This document shows positions 1 through 13,800 of a DNA stretch of 60,695 nucleotides, piece after piece. The number at the start of each line of letters is the position of its first letter. Within the stretch, counting starts at the first letter, position 1. The position numbers and the translations under genes are program-made. The notes under the pieces were generated by a model. It was given only the letters and a program-made list of their open reading frames with translations. It was not told the origin of the DNA and did not search any database. Origin of the DNA: a virus (Duplodnaviria; Caudoviricetes); the IMG/VR virus record IMGVR_UViG_3300044957_001172, positions 1 to 60,695 of that record; one strand, 5' to 3'.

Positions 1-2
1 TT

Positions 3-611
3 TTATACACCGCTACTTAAGCTTTGGATTCTAACGGTATAATCTACCTGAATCATTCTATTAAGTGATTTTTGAACTGGATGAAAAATCACATGCGTTA
101 TGAGAGAATTTTCGATTGGGTTATTATTATTACTGCTAGTCAAACCAAGCTCATCAAAAACATACGATCCTTCATTATCGGTTTGATTATCAAATGCGAA
201 TTGTCCTGTAGGCTCTCCAAAATCTAATAAACAACTAACTAAAATGTCGCTATAATAGGTACCTATTCTATGCCTTACTTCCATAAAATTTCTAGCAGGA
301 TCATTATTATTAATATCATTGGCATCAATTACTTTTTCATAAGTTCCATTATATAAATTTGCATTAGCACCAATAATATTAGGAGTTCTATAAGTAATGA
401 TTCCAGTTGGATCTATACGTGTTCCTCCATTTCCAAATTTCATAACAGAAATCCATCCCCTATCCTGATGAGCCATGGCTCTAGCCAATCCAATACTGAA
501 ATTTTCGTAATGAATCGCATTTCGTTTATTAACAAATACGTGACTGGTTTGAGGATCAAATATTTTTATATGACCTTCAATGTATAATGACCCATTATCT
601 TTATTAAACAT
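3..611 (-). CDS. Conserved phage virion structural protein (tail/baseplate associated)
   Basis: 202-aa ORF at the end of the visible baseplate operon; FDELGL...THVIFHPVQKSLNR motif; AGGA RBS and TAAATA upstream. Confidence 0.6.
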   Translation of the reverse strand: MFNKDNGSLYIEGHIKIFDPQTSHVFVNKRNAIHYENFSIGLARAMAHQDRGWISVMKFGNGGTRIDPTGIITYRTPNIIGANANLYNGTYEKVIDANDINNNDPARNFMEVRHRIGTYYSDILVSCLLDFGEPTGQFAFDNQTDNEGSYVFDELGLTSSNNNNPIENSLITHVIFHPVQKSLNRMIQVDYTVRIQSLSSGV

Positions 612-629
612 GATATATTTCCTAACTCA

Positions 630-635
630 TATTTA
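630..635 (-). promoter_or_regulatory. T4-like late promoter core (TAAATA)
   Basis: GATAAATA on the minus strand, 18 nt upstream of the ATG at 611. Confidence 0.5.
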
Positions 636-637
636 TC

Positions 638-2293
638 TTAGGCCTCCAACCTTAACATTGTGAACCCTATGACCATGACTCTTGTTTCAATGTCTTTGTT
701 GGTAACTGATAGATAAACTGTGCCTGTGGCGATGGTATCTGAATTAAATCCTAAAATACCAGGTGTAATTAGTCTATTAGTAGCAGCGGTAGTAGTATAC
801 AATTCATAAAGCAAACCTGAAACATTTGTTGCAGAAGTATTTAATATTCTATTTGAATCATTACTTCTAGAAATAGAGTCAGAATAGACACGTAACCATA
901 CTGGATAATTACAGGTTACTCTAGATAACATATAAGATTTATAAGCTTCAAATTGCAATGTAGCAGTAGTGTTAGAAGTCAAAGATGTACTTGTTGTAAA
1001 GGTAGCTCTTCCTGCCAATAAAGGACTGTCAGGTGCACCTGCAACAAAAGATGCGCTGGTATAAAAGTTCACACTGCTTGTTGTAATAGAAAATAATAAT
1101 TTAGAGCCACCCGAAGTATAGAAAAAATGTTGATCACTGTTATAATTGTGCTTTGTATTGCTTAGGAATAATCTGTCAGTTTCTAAGTTAGTTCCACTAT
1201 TAACACTAGTTATTAAAACACTACTTCCATGAGTATTAGTTGTATAGCTTTCTAAGGCCTTATATGCAATTTGACCAGAATTAAATCCTAAACCTGTTTG
1301 GTTAGCCTCTCCCTGTGCTCTAAAATCTATTCTTCCTATGGTATCAAACCTTACAATAGCATTTCTTCTACCTTGAACGCCACTTCTTCTTCCAGCAATA
1401 AAAGTTATTCGTGAAGTATCATTCAAAGATATATTATCCATAGTAGCACCAGTTGATTCCCTTGGTACCCCAAATAGTTTTATTTGAGAATTTACAAAGT
1501 TTACATTTGTAGCCCCATGTCCTATTTGAACATTTCCAACTCCCAGTTCTAGTTGTATGTTTTGCCCTTTACTTCCATCACCTATAAAAATTTCATTTAT
1601 GGTAATATTTTCGGCACTTGTACTCCAATTCTGATGTATATGACTAAAAATTGATTTAGCTCCAACCCTTGTTCTATTAGGTAATGTATCTATACTAAAT
1701 CCTATCCCACTATTAGAGGATATAGATCCCTGCCTAACATGATCTTCTGTTGCATAAAAATTTAACTGAGCTGTAGCTGTATTAGAAAAATCTACTCCAT
1801 CGAATCCTCTTCCAAAAATAGAAATTATTCTATCGTCTCTTTTTGTAGATTTAGGAGATATATATGTTCCTCTTGCAAATTGTCCTTCTATATAAGGCTG
1901 GTGTAATTTGATTCCAGGAGAAAATGAATCTTTGTAAGCTCTTAAAATTAAGTTAACTGGCTGAGCTTCTTCTATTCTATCATTTACAACAAAAATTCTT
2001 GCGTTAAATTTAGTATCCAAATCTAAAGGCTCATCATTAAAACACAACTTTCCTTTAATATTCACGTCGTAAAATGATGAAGTGTTTAAGATACTAATAT
2101 TTTCAAAAAATACACTTGCTGATTTATCTACAGGTTGATCAAGTCCTATTGCAGATGCCATCCATTCTACTGTATTATTCCAAGTTATTCTTCCTGTATT
2201 TTGGCTTCCTTGATCTGATGATCTTTTAGTGACAATAAATTCTGTTAAGACTGTGGGTGTTCCTACAAATGGCAAATCTATAGTGCGTGGCAT
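638..2293 (-). CDS. Putative virion structural / fibre-like protein
   Basis: 551-aa Ser/Thr-rich, beta-rich ORF inside the structural operon. Confidence 0.5.
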   Translation of the reverse strand: MPRTIDLPFVGTPTVLTEFIVTKRSSDQGSQNTGRITWNNTVEWMASAIGLDQPVDKSASVFFENISILNTSSFYDVNIKGKLCFNDEPLDLDTKFNARIFVVNDRIEEAQPVNLILRAYKDSFSPGIKLHQPYIEGQFARGTYISPKSTKRDDRIISIFGRGFDGVDFSNTATAQLNFYATEDHVRQGSISSNSGIGFSIDTLPNRTRVGAKSIFSHIHQNWSTSAENITINEIFIGDGSKGQNIQLELGVGNVQIGHGATNVNFVNSQIKLFGVPRESTGATMDNISLNDTSRITFIAGRRSGVQGRRNAIVRFDTIGRIDFRAQGEANQTGLGFNSGQIAYKALESYTTNTHGSSVLITSVNSGTNLETDRLFLSNTKHNYNSDQHFFYTSGGSKLLFSITTSSVNFYTSASFVAGAPDSPLLAGRATFTTSTSLTSNTTATLQFEAYKSYMLSRVTCNYPVWLRVYSDSISRSNDSNRILNTSATNVSGLLYELYTTTAATNRLITPGILGFNSDTIATGTVYLSVTNKDIETRVMVIGFTMLRLEA

Positions 2294-2294
2294 T

Positions 2295-4892
2295 TTATTC
2301 TGTCCTTAATATCTTATCATATTCGGTTGTAATAGGTTCAAAATTATAATCTAACAATCTAGGATCTCCACTGTAAAAAAATGTATCAGGTAAATCTGCT
2401 TCTTTTCCTCTTATAAATCTTGCCTGTTGTACTCTACTTGTTATTAGAGATTCCGTACCTGTCCAGATTTTACCCTTTCTATGTATTACATCTAATCTAA
2501 CCCCAGATTGAAGCCTATCCCCAATATTTAACACAATTATCTGTGTAGATAGTGAAGAAGTTGACACATAAAAATCAGGACCTATATTGATTAATTCAGA
2601 ACTTGTAGAATCAATGTAAACCTGTCTTATGGCTTTATGAAGAGGCGTCCCTCCATACAATACTGATATTTGATCTGCTAAATTAACATTAGCATCTAAA
2701 GTAATTCCATAAGAGCCAGTGTTTGTAAAAGTGAATAATGGTATTATATATGTTGAAGTATTTGTTGTTACAGTAGTGTAGGTATATATTCTATCACCTG
2801 CTTTTGGAATAGTTTGTTGTATACCTTGATCAACTACTCTTGTGCCAGGATCACTGGTATAAGGAACTCCTGTCCCTAACGTTCCTCGTCTTAAGTCAGA
2901 CAATTGCCCTCCGCCCCTTGCAAAAAATTCTATTCTTTCTCTATCAATTAGTGCCACAGATGGAATATTCTTACTTGCGTTGGCAGGTGATAACCTATAA
3001 TCTTCAAAAACTTCAATTTTATCATCTTCTTGATTTAAAAAATTGGTCAAAAATGTAGTATGATCTCTAGATAACCTTTTGTATGAACTTCTATTGTAAA
3101 AATCATTAAAAATTCTAAAACCATATACATGATTTACTGCATCTGGTTTTTTAAAACTTGTAACTAATAATTCGGTAATATTTTCAAAGGTAAAACGTTC
3201 GGCAAGTTCAATTGTTCTAAAATCATCTAATATGATAAAATCATATCGATGAACAAGTGGAATTCCATTTGCATATACCCAAACATAACTATCATCTAAA
3301 ATAGGTCTAATAAATTTGAATCTTCTAGACGCATTCCATACAAATCTTTCTGTTTCCATAAAAAACTTTTCATGTGCGGTAAACGATAATACACGAACAG
3401 ATGATGCTGCTTGAATATTCCTAAATTTTAAGATATTGTTACTAATAATGTAATCCCAATCATTATAATTTGCATCATATTTTGTTGAAGTGATTGAAAT
3501 GTAAGTGCCATTAGGAAAAAATTTAAAAGGTGTAATTACTTTGTTAGAAGTAAGATCCAAGGTATAATCAAACCCACTTCTTAATAATTGCCCGTTTGCA
3601 TAGACAAATATATCACTTGCGCTAAAAAATCCTGAAGGGAAATCAGTAGGAATATCAAACAAATCAAAGAAATTTTTATTGTTTTCTATTATATAATTAC
3701 TGACATGCGGCGGTCTCAATCTCTTTCTAGTAGTTGATTGTAATCCTAGTCCAATTTCTACTATAGCCTTATCGCTAAATGGTTGCCATGTGTTTGGAGT
3801 TCTAATTAGAGTTATTGTATCTGTATTATCAATAGTATAAAAATTTTCAAATATTCTATTGAATTTCACATCTAAAGTATCAAAAAACCATGCTTCTAAT
3901 TGATGATTGCCTACAGGTAGATTAAAAAAATGAACAGCAGCTCTATAATTTTGACTTATAGTATCTGTTGAACTTGTTTTATCCCAATCTCTTTCTATCA
4001 TATAACCACTTTCAGAACTAGTTGTAATTTGATTAATTTCTTTTCCATTATCTAAGACATATACATATTGTAGATCGTCTAAAGACATTAGACTGGTTAA
4101 TATAGTAAAATTATTTGTAGCAGTAATAAAAACATGTACAGAATTTGAATATACTAATCCAGTTCCGCCTGCCTTTACCATGTTATAGTCTGCATATCCA
4201 CTAGTCAGTTGAGGCGGTAAAATTAAATTTTTTCCTCTGATAAAAAATTGAGTCGAACTTGTAAAATCTGTAGATGTATGCCTTGTAAAAATTTTATTAG
4301 CATAAGTTACTAAAAATCCTGCAGCTACTTCTTGAGAAATGGAGATTTGATAATTTGTAATAGTGTTAGCAACAATAGGAATAGCTCCTGAAACAATAGT
4401 AGCAAATGTTTCGCCTTGTTTTGTATAAACTTCTATACCTACACTATCAGTAGTATGTCCAGGAACGAATTCTTCTGGTGCAAAATCATAATAAGGCGAC
4501 ATAAATCTGTCACCATCTATTACTATGTCTGTTGGAGCAGTGGCTCTTGCATTATTGATTTCGCCATCTTCCCAATTACCACCAGATATAGACTTATCTA
4601 AGACAGAAGCTTCAAAATCTGGTTTCCAAAATTCAATTGTAGGATCAGTAAATATTGTGCCTGTAATATTATAACATATACCAGTATTTAAATTATTAAT
4701 TTTTATAATAGCTCTTCCAGGTATATATGTGTCAGCTAAAAACTGATACCAATTTGTTATTGTATTATTAGGATTAGTATCGCTTATTAATATATTATCT
4801 ACATAGATGCTATACTTGCTTATCTCTGCCTGAGGACTGTCTGTAAATATTAATACTGATCTACTGGAACTTATCCAATCAATATACTTCAT
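2295..4892 (-). CDS. Baseplate wedge-associated structural protein (probable C-terminal partner of the giant upstream protein)
   Basis: 865 aa; ATGA overlap with the upstream stop and AGGA 8 nt before the ATG; repeated VYANG...DY modules; IDRERIEF...LRRGTLGT motif. Confidence 0.6.
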   Translation of the reverse strand: MKYIDWISSSRSVLIFTDSPQAEISKYSIYVDNILISDTNPNNTITNWYQFLADTYIPGRAIIKINNLNTGICYNITGTIFTDPTIEFWKPDFEASVLDKSISGGNWEDGEINNARATAPTDIVIDGDRFMSPYYDFAPEEFVPGHTTDSVGIEVYTKQGETFATIVSGAIPIVANTITNYQISISQEVAAGFLVTYANKIFTRHTSTDFTSSTQFFIRGKNLILPPQLTSGYADYNMVKAGGTGLVYSNSVHVFITATNNFTILTSLMSLDDLQYVYVLDNGKEINQITTSSESGYMIERDWDKTSSTDTISQNYRAAVHFFNLPVGNHQLEAWFFDTLDVKFNRIFENFYTIDNTDTITLIRTPNTWQPFSDKAIVEIGLGLQSTTRKRLRPPHVSNYIIENNKNFFDLFDIPTDFPSGFFSASDIFVYANGQLLRSGFDYTLDLTSNKVITPFKFFPNGTYISITSTKYDANYNDWDYIISNNILKFRNIQAASSVRVLSFTAHEKFFMETERFVWNASRRFKFIRPILDDSYVWVYANGIPLVHRYDFIILDDFRTIELAERFTFENITELLVTSFKKPDAVNHVYGFRIFNDFYNRSSYKRLSRDHTTFLTNFLNQEDDKIEVFEDYRLSPANASKNIPSVALIDRERIEFFARGGGQLSDLRRGTLGTGVPYTSDPGTRVVDQGIQQTIPKAGDRIYTYTTVTTNTSTYIIPLFTFTNTGSYGITLDANVNLADQISVLYGGTPLHKAIRQVYIDSTSSELINIGPDFYVSTSSLSTQIIVLNIGDRLQSGVRLDVIHRKGKIWTGTESLITSRVQQARFIRGKEADLPDTFFYSGDPRLLDYNFEPITTEYDKILRTE

Positions 4893-7800
4893 ATAATTGT
4901 TCCTATTGAGCTTACTCTACATCTATATAAACCGCTCACTACGATTGGGCCTTCTGAACTTGTTGAAATATCAATAATTAAATTGAATCCCCCTATAGCA
5001 ACTGAATTTGTATCTGTATTAAAAGATCCTTCAGCATACCAGCCAGCTTCGCCGTTGACATTTACATAAGATGCTGCGGTTAAAATAGTGACCCAACTTC
5101 CTTTAATAGGATTAAATCCATTTGTTAATACATCAGTTGCAGTAATTGCAGTGGCTATTCCAGGCCCAGTAATTTTTATATTACCTTGCCACAGCGAATC
5201 AGTTGGTTCAATAGTTGCTCTGACAAATAAATTTCCTAATCCAACTGGATTTAATGAGTATATTTCTGCTGCTGATACAGGTTTAACACTAGGTGTACTA
5301 CCAAAAGGACTAATATCAAATTCAAAGTTTCCTGTAGTGGTAATTTTCACTCGTGTAAATGCTTTATTCGCAGCATAGGCATACGACCATAAATTTTTAT
5401 TTCCATAATTTGCTACAATAGAATCACGAACATTTATATCTATATAATAAGGAAGATTTATAAGACTCAATCTCCATGTTTCGAATGATTCGTATCCTTC
5501 ACTACTTACATCTACTAAAGCTCCTAATTTTACATATCCTATTTGATAACCAATATAATCAGGCGCACCATCTACAAGTGTAAATGTTCCAGTAAGTGAT
5601 AGTGTAGGTGCATCATTTATTAAAATATCATTATAATTCAATGAACCAACAACACTTGTTAAGGTCCAAGGTATTTGAGTTCCTACAGGCAAATTAATTG
5701 TTTTAAGAAAAATTGTTGTGGTTGTGCCTTCATAAATTGTAGTGGCCGTAGAAAATAATTGATAAGTAAATTCTCCTGTTATACTTGTATCTAAAATGTA
5801 AATAGATTTTGTGGCAACATAAGATGCAAATGAATTTTCTGTATAGAGTAAAAATGTTCCTAAATTTAAAAATAGCTCTTCTAAACCTTCAGTGGTATAA
5901 TCTTCAAACATTTGAACACGAAAGGTAATTGGAAAATCATCTGGTTTTTCAACAATTATGTCAGGCGAAATCTGACTGTAAATTATATCGTTTTGTGTTA
6001 TATTAGTACCTGTAACCGCTAACCTAAAAACTCTACCATATGCCCCAAATACAACATTACTTGCTGTAGTAGCAGTTACTACAGCATAAACTATGTCTCC
6101 TTCTGATACTTGAGTCATCTTGTTGCCTAGATAATCTTTAAGATCCATTTTATATGTAGCAGCTTGATATCCTGGATTAGTAATAGGTAAACTGGTTAAA
6201 TATAAATCAACACTGGCTACAGGATTAATATTTACAGTAGCACTGGTTATATAGGAGTAAAGATTTACTCTAAATGGTTTATACGTACCCACGCTAAGAT
6301 TAACATTATCAAGTGTAGTTATGTTAAAGCTTAGAGGCAAGCTTGTCACCGAATTAGATATTTGAATATTTAACCCAGATTCAAATTCTTGAGGAATAAC
6401 TGCGTTAACTGGATCTAAGGGAATTATCGCATAACCAAATGTTCTTCCCAATCCAAAATTAACATTATCACCAGTTACTATAAAAGTGGCAGTATAACTT
6501 TCAGTTATTATTGTTGCTGAAGTGTATATTTTTAAATCTGGGATAATGCATTCTCCAACATTAAAATCAAAACTATCCAGGACATTGTTATTAACACTAA
6601 TAGGTTGTAATATACTATATACTCTAAAAGAGCTAGTGTTGGTACATGTTGATATTGTAAACGGTAATATTTGATTTGATAAAATAAAAAATGAGCTATT
6701 AGATTCAATATTAGTAATTGTATTAATTTGATTAAATTGTGATGTTTCAATACCTGAAATTTCTAATACATCTCCAATTCTTAAAGTTCCAAAAAAAGGA
6801 GATTTTGTTTCTATTCTTATTTGCGACCCAACAGCAGTACTGGTGCTAACAGCAGATCTAATAGTATAATTAGGAGAACTTAATATAACTCTGTTTTGTG
6901 CTGTAATCACAGACTGAACTATTGTATCTGTTCGAAATACAGGACCAGATGTTAAATTGCTTACATGCAAATAATTTAACGTTTGTCCTGGAACTATTCC
7001 TAAGACACTGGACATGACTAAAGATGTACTATTTCTATCTATACCATGAATAAGCTTATTTTTAGAATAATAATCAACAAAATTATTAAATCCTTCACCA
7101 TTATCGAATATGTTTAAGTTCGTAGCAGTTGAATCTAGTAAAGGGGTAGAATAAGCAAATCCCAGTGTTTGAATTAAGTTTCCAGGATATTCCATGCCGT
7201 ACATAAGAAGTTTTAAATTTTTACCAGGCATATTTCCATTAGGCACATAATAATTTTCTATTCTATCAATGGCATTGAACAAATTTATATTTTTTTCAAA
7301 TATTATTTTCAATTCACTATTTTTTTGAGGAATTATATTTTTAAATACAAAACTACTTTTGTTTTTATTAATTTTAGTATTATCTGCAAAATTTAATATA
7401 TCATAAGAAGTTTGATATATCAATTTTTTATTAAGGGTTGGAATTATGGTAGTTTTATCATTATTTGCTAAAAATGGAAGCTCGAAGGATGTAGAATAAC
7501 CGTCAGTAATGGTAGTATAAGTTACAATTTTATTACCTAATTCACTATTTTTACTATACCTGTCAAATTTTATTGCAATTACATTTTTTCTAGTTGTATC
7601 ATTTGCTAGAATAACAGATGCTTTTGCAAGTTTACTTACACTACCACCACCTACTAAATCTACATGAATCGACTCATTATTCCCAAAATTTCCAATTATA
7701 TTCGCACCAGGGTCGGTAACTACAATTTTGAAAACTTGTCCATTTCTTATGTAGGCCTGAGCAGCAGGACTACGTGTTTCAGCAGAATTTTCATAGCTGA

Positions 7801-10800
7801 AGACTACATTTGGCCTTTGATTATAACCTGCGCCACCATCACTAATTACAACTTCCTTGACATAATATCTATAATTAGAAAACCAATAGGTATATGGAAA
7901 TTTATTCAGTAAAATGCTTGTTTCTGTAGTTAAATTAAGCCCATTGATAGCAGTAGGAATTTCTACAGATTCAAATCTTTGATTGTTATAATTATAATAT
8001 GCAGGTAAATCAAAATCTGTCACATTTAATTCTGCTAGATCTAATTTTTCATAACCGCTTAGAAAATTACGTATCTTTGTGTGATAGGGTTTTATTTCTT
8101 TTATATATTCTTCTATATACTGACTACTATCAACTCTAAAAGCAGAATATTGATCTAATTCTGCAATACTTGCCTTAACATTTACAAAACTAGTTTTGAA
8201 TGCCCAATCAATGTGTTTTTGCTCCGTAAAGGCATATTTAACTGCTTGGAAGAAAAATTTATTCCAATAAATTTTTAATTCATCGGTAAAAATATCATTC
8301 TTTAAAGCATTTAAAATATTTTTAAGTTCAAAATCAGGCAATTGATCAAATAAAGTTTCATCTAATGTTAAAGAATCATAAGCATACCTTCCCTGATTAA
8401 TATCATATAATGCAGATTTGAATTGTAAAGTTCCACGTTCTGCGAAAACTAGGTTATAATTTAAATCAAAATTCCCGCCTACTGGTCCTATATATTCTAA
8501 AATAACTAATCTACCATCACCTACATTTGTAACTTTTATATAATCCCCAACTAACAAATTAGATAACGAATTCAATTCAAACACGTTGTTAACAATATAA
8601 TTTACAGATTTTAATTCTTGAAATAAAGAAGATTTATAATCTTTATAATCCCAATACATAGGCGTATTATATAATTGCGTTTTTTGCTTATTCCAAATAT
8701 TAAAATTATAATTAAAATAGTATAGAGCCCATCTTTGATTTGAATTAATATCACTGGTAACAATTGCAGCATGAGGTCTAATAAAAATTTTAGGATTTGA
8801 TTCAAAATTATTTCCTGAATTTTCAATAATGGTGCCTATAATTTGACCTTTATCATTTATCACGCTTTTTATTATTGCAGTATGCTCTTTGTTAGCAATT
8901 ATCTCTATTTTGGGAGGAAATTTATATCCTTTTCCTCTATTGGTGACGGCCACAGATACAATTTTACCATTATTAATCACACAGGTTGCAGTAGCTGCAA
9001 TAAATTCAGTAAATTCAACTTCTTGCAATTGATCAAGGTCGTCTACAATGAAATCATATTCTCCAGATGATTCCACAGGTATAGGATCTAATTTTATAAG
9101 ATTTTCAAAATTATAATTACCTGTTATAGGAATACCTGCCAAAAGATTATTAACATAATCAAATAAATTCCTAAGCGCTTCAAATCTATTTCTAAATATA
9201 GTTTGTCTGGGTCTAATAGATAATCCATATCTATTTCTTGCATTTAACGTCCTATCAGGAACTTTATTTCCTATTTCATCTCTACCTAATAAACTATCAA
9301 TTAACTTTTTATTCAAAAGTTCTGTAGGCATAGATGTAGAATCATTTTCGGATAATAATATCCATTCTGTATGATTAAGATCATTAGGGTTAGAATCAAA
9401 CTGAACATTTAATCCTATATCTGAACCAGATAATAACCCTTGAATATTCGCCAAAGCTATAGAATTTTTTGATAAAATTTGCGCAAATTTTGTGTCATTT
9501 CCAATAGGATCAGAAATTAATTGAGCGACCTGAGCAGCTGAAATTTTCCTAGTACGAATATTAGGTAGTACGGATTTATTTTTTACCCAATAATAATAAA
9601 CATTTTCAAATACTCCTGTAACTGAATTAAAGACCTGTTTGACACTTATAACACTATTATCAGGAAATTTAGGTTGACCGCTGATTCCCCTTGTTAAACC
9701 TTGATTTGTATCTGCAAGGCTTGCCCATTCGTTTGGCAAATAAGAACTCTTTACCCATTCATATACATCTATACTAGCGCCTGGAAATAATTTACCCCAA
9801 TTGTTTTTTCTAAAAATTTCATCCCCTTGTTCATACCAAACAAATTTTGTTGTGCTTAGATCCCACCATAAAAATCCAACCTGATCATCTAACCAATTTT
9901 TGTTTGTATCAACTGATAATCCGTCAATACCTATGCTGTAAATTGCAGGATCTACAATAGCTTTATATCTTAATTCTTGTTCTGCTAAACCTATAATTTT
10001 TCCCTTCAACGGATCAACTATATCTAGGTATTCAACCACTTCTAAATTTTCTTTGTTTATTAAAGACAACTTTTGAAAATTATCAGTATCAACTAAATTA
10101 TCTTGATACCTAAACTTTTTCCAAGATAAAGACTTATTATCTATTCTTTTGAATTGAAAAAATCTAGACTTATCTATAGAAGTAAAAATTGAATTATTAA
10201 ATGGAGCACCCACTAAAATATTTTTATCAGAAACCGCAATGGCTTTCCCGTATTGACTTCCTATCACCATACTCTTAGCTAATAATTCTTGTGCTTGAAT
10301 AAATTTATCACCAAATCTGTTAAATGTGTATACTGCTCCTGCATCTTCAACTTTGGTAATAAAAGTAGTTTCATTATTATCAAATATAGTTTCTCCTCTA
10401 AATTGCTTGATATTTTGAAAAAACCTAACAGATAACGACCTATTTGTTCCTAAAGAACTAACTGCTAATATATCTTCTGACTCGTTAATAGAAATATCTT
10501 GCCCGAAAATTAAATCAGTGTTCTCTAAAGGATTATCTATAAATTGACTCAATTCATAAGCATCTGATTCATTCTTTTTGTATACAGCTATTCTTCCATA
10601 TGTATTATAATCAGTAGAAGCATTTATAGAACTAGCAATTAAAAATTTTCCAGAAGATGATACTTCTATATCATGTCCAAAATTTTCATTCTTTTTAAAT
10701 GGTGAATATAATGTCTGTTTCCAATAAAGATTTTGATCAAATATTTGTATTACCCCTAGATAACCATTATCAAAGTTTTGTTTTTTTGCCCCTACAGCCA

Positions 10801-13800
10801 AATTTAATCCTGCAAAATCTCCTGCAATTTTTGCGCCAAATTCTGCCTGCTGATTCAACGTGATTGACGAAGTGCCTACTAACTTTACAAATCCTATAGT
10901 TGCCGTAGCTACTCCTATTGTAACAAAACTTGTAGCAGTAAAAGAAATTATAGGAGGATAAGAATATCCAGATCCTCTATTGGTAACAATAATATTAGTA
11001 ACTGTTAAACCAACTTTGACAGCTACAGCAGTAGCACTAGACCCCCCAACCTGATTAGGACCGGCTATCCTAACATATACGATACTAGAACTACTTACTG
11101 GTTGAGTTATTAAATTTATTGACTGAATAGCACTTGTATTAAATGCAGTAATAGACAAATCTGGATTTATTTTATAGGCAAAAACGGTTCCAGATCCTAT
11201 TCCAGTAGGAGCACCTACAAGTAGAGTAGTGGCAGTTGTCTTTGCGACTTGATTAACATATACACTTTGTCCAAATCTAGTATTATCTAGGTTAGGGCCA
11301 AATACCTGTGCAAGAACAAATTTAGTATTTTCTTTTGTATTACTAACATTTCTAGTACTTACCTTTACTAATCCTTCATTAATATAAGTTCTAGCTGTAA
11401 AAGTATTATTTGCAAGCGGAGCTAAAACTGTTGCAGTATTAGATGCTCGTACCTTAGTTGCTCTAGGTGCTCCTGCAATAAAAAGATCCTTACCTATATC
11501 ATAGGCCAGTGAATGCCCAAATTCTGTTGGAACATTAGGCTGACAATAAACGTAATCTAATCCGCTATTTAAATTTAAACTATAATCAAAATAGAATTTT
11601 AAATCTTCATTTACATCTATTGTTCCGACCTTGACATTACCGTATTGAACATTAAAAAACCTCTGAGGGAAATAATTTGGACTTGAAATTAGTACAGTTT
11701 TTGTGTGTTTACTAATATACATAGCAGAACCTAAACTTTGATATACTGGTATATTGCCAAAGGTATATTCTTTAGGAGAATAATAATTATTCGTTTTATT
11801 AAGAACCATCCATTTTTTATCAATATCGTTATCTATCCAAATCTTGGTTCCTTCATCATAAAAAATTAATTCTCTATTTTCTGCTAGTGCATCTGCATTG
11901 GTAAATCTTACTGACTGAAAAACAAATATACTTCCATAATATTGTAAAACTTCGTTTACTATACCAACTAGTGTAGAGCTAACAATAAAATGAGTATTCT
12001 TAGGTATAGATTTTACAATATAAACTCCATCAACTTGAGTGCTAAACCTTGTTACAGATATTATATCACCAATTTGTAAATTATGACTTATATCTGTTAC
12101 AAAAGTTATTTCCTGTCCCGGACCGCTGACAAATACACCTTTAATTTTACATATTTTTTTAGAATATCTATAGACATCCCAATCTCCATTTTCTTTAAAC
12201 CCAAGCCAAACTGTATTTCCTTCCTGTATTAGTGAATTATTGGCTATGTCTAATAAACTATTTTTATTATAGGCTGTTGCAGTTACATCATCTATACGAA
12301 CATATCCTGCATGCAATAATTTTAAATTATTTGTATCATAAGTTCCATCTATTGTTGTAAATGCTTTATCAATAACAAATTCTTCTGGTTCTATAAGAAT
12401 TTCATTTTTTGTAATGTAATGAATAACACTGCTTGTTGTATTGGTACTTGACAACGTTACAATAAATGGATTTTCTATTTCAATAGCTTCTTCCAATACA
12501 AATTCTAATTCTTTAAATGTTTTGCCTATACCAAATGTTCCTATTCTAAACGCCCATTCTTCCTTTAATTCAATACCTGTTAATATACTTTTGTTGTATT
12601 TTACTATTTTGTCTATAGATTTTTTAATTCCTTTCTCTTTTATAAATCCTTGAAAGAATTTATATTGAGCTGTTTCATCAGGTATTAATTTATCTAAATA
12701 ATTTCTAGAACTAAATCCAACAAGATGCTTAGCTAATTGTTGCTGTTCTATATCAAAATTATCAATATCTAAACTATAAAAATCATCAAATTGATTAATT
12801 CTATATTCAAAATTAGTAATTAATTTTTTTTGAGGCTTATTATCTAGTTGTGTATATTTTGCAAAATCAAAATTTTTTTCGTTTACAATCAATAAGTTTG
12901 CAGAATAATACTTTCCCCTAAATTGAACAACCTGACTTGGATAATATCGTCTAAAAGGTTCCCAATCAACTACTTTAACATTATCAAAAACAAATCCAGG
13001 ACTAACAATGTCTCCATTCCAGAATTTCGTTCTGAAACCAATTAATTTAATTCTTTCCTGTTTATATCCTGAAGCAGGTTCAAAGATTGTATCATTAAAT
13101 ATTGTTGTGTTGTTTAAAACTATACCATGCTCTTTTTGAATAATTTCTAAGACAGCAAAAAACAATCCATCTTCAGTGTTTTTTGTTGAAAGAATAGTAA
13201 CCTCTTTTGTTCTTATAATATCAATATTTTCAATTGGTAAATTTTGTCCATCTGCTTTTAGTAAAAAGTATTTGTCATAAACGTTTATTTCTTTAACTAT
13301 ACCATAAGGATAAGAAAATTTCAATTTGTCAGCAAATGGAGAAATAGTAATGACATTTCCTTCTGCCCATTTGTGTGTGGTCCAAAATAGGAATTCTTTA
13401 CCAGAATATAACCAATCTAAAGTTTCATTTAATTCTTGATTATATTCGTCAAAAACAAAACCTTGTTCTTCTAACCAATTCCCATATCCTAGAATTATAT
13501 TAAAGACTTCTTGAATATCCGAATACTCATTGCCATAATTTATCCGTGTAACTTGTCTTTCATATGAAGTAGGAATTAAAACTTTAACTCCACCAAAAGT
13601 AGGCAAAGATGGTAAACGAATAAAGTAACTATCATCAAATGTCCTTGTTGCAGAATGACTTATTGAAACTCTGTAATAAAATTGATTATGATAAACAATC
13701 TGTCCTTGCCTATAGAATTTTGCACTAGTATTTGTAATATCTATAGAATTTAACCCGTTGTTAGCATCACCATAGTAGGGTTGCCAAGTAACATAAGTTT

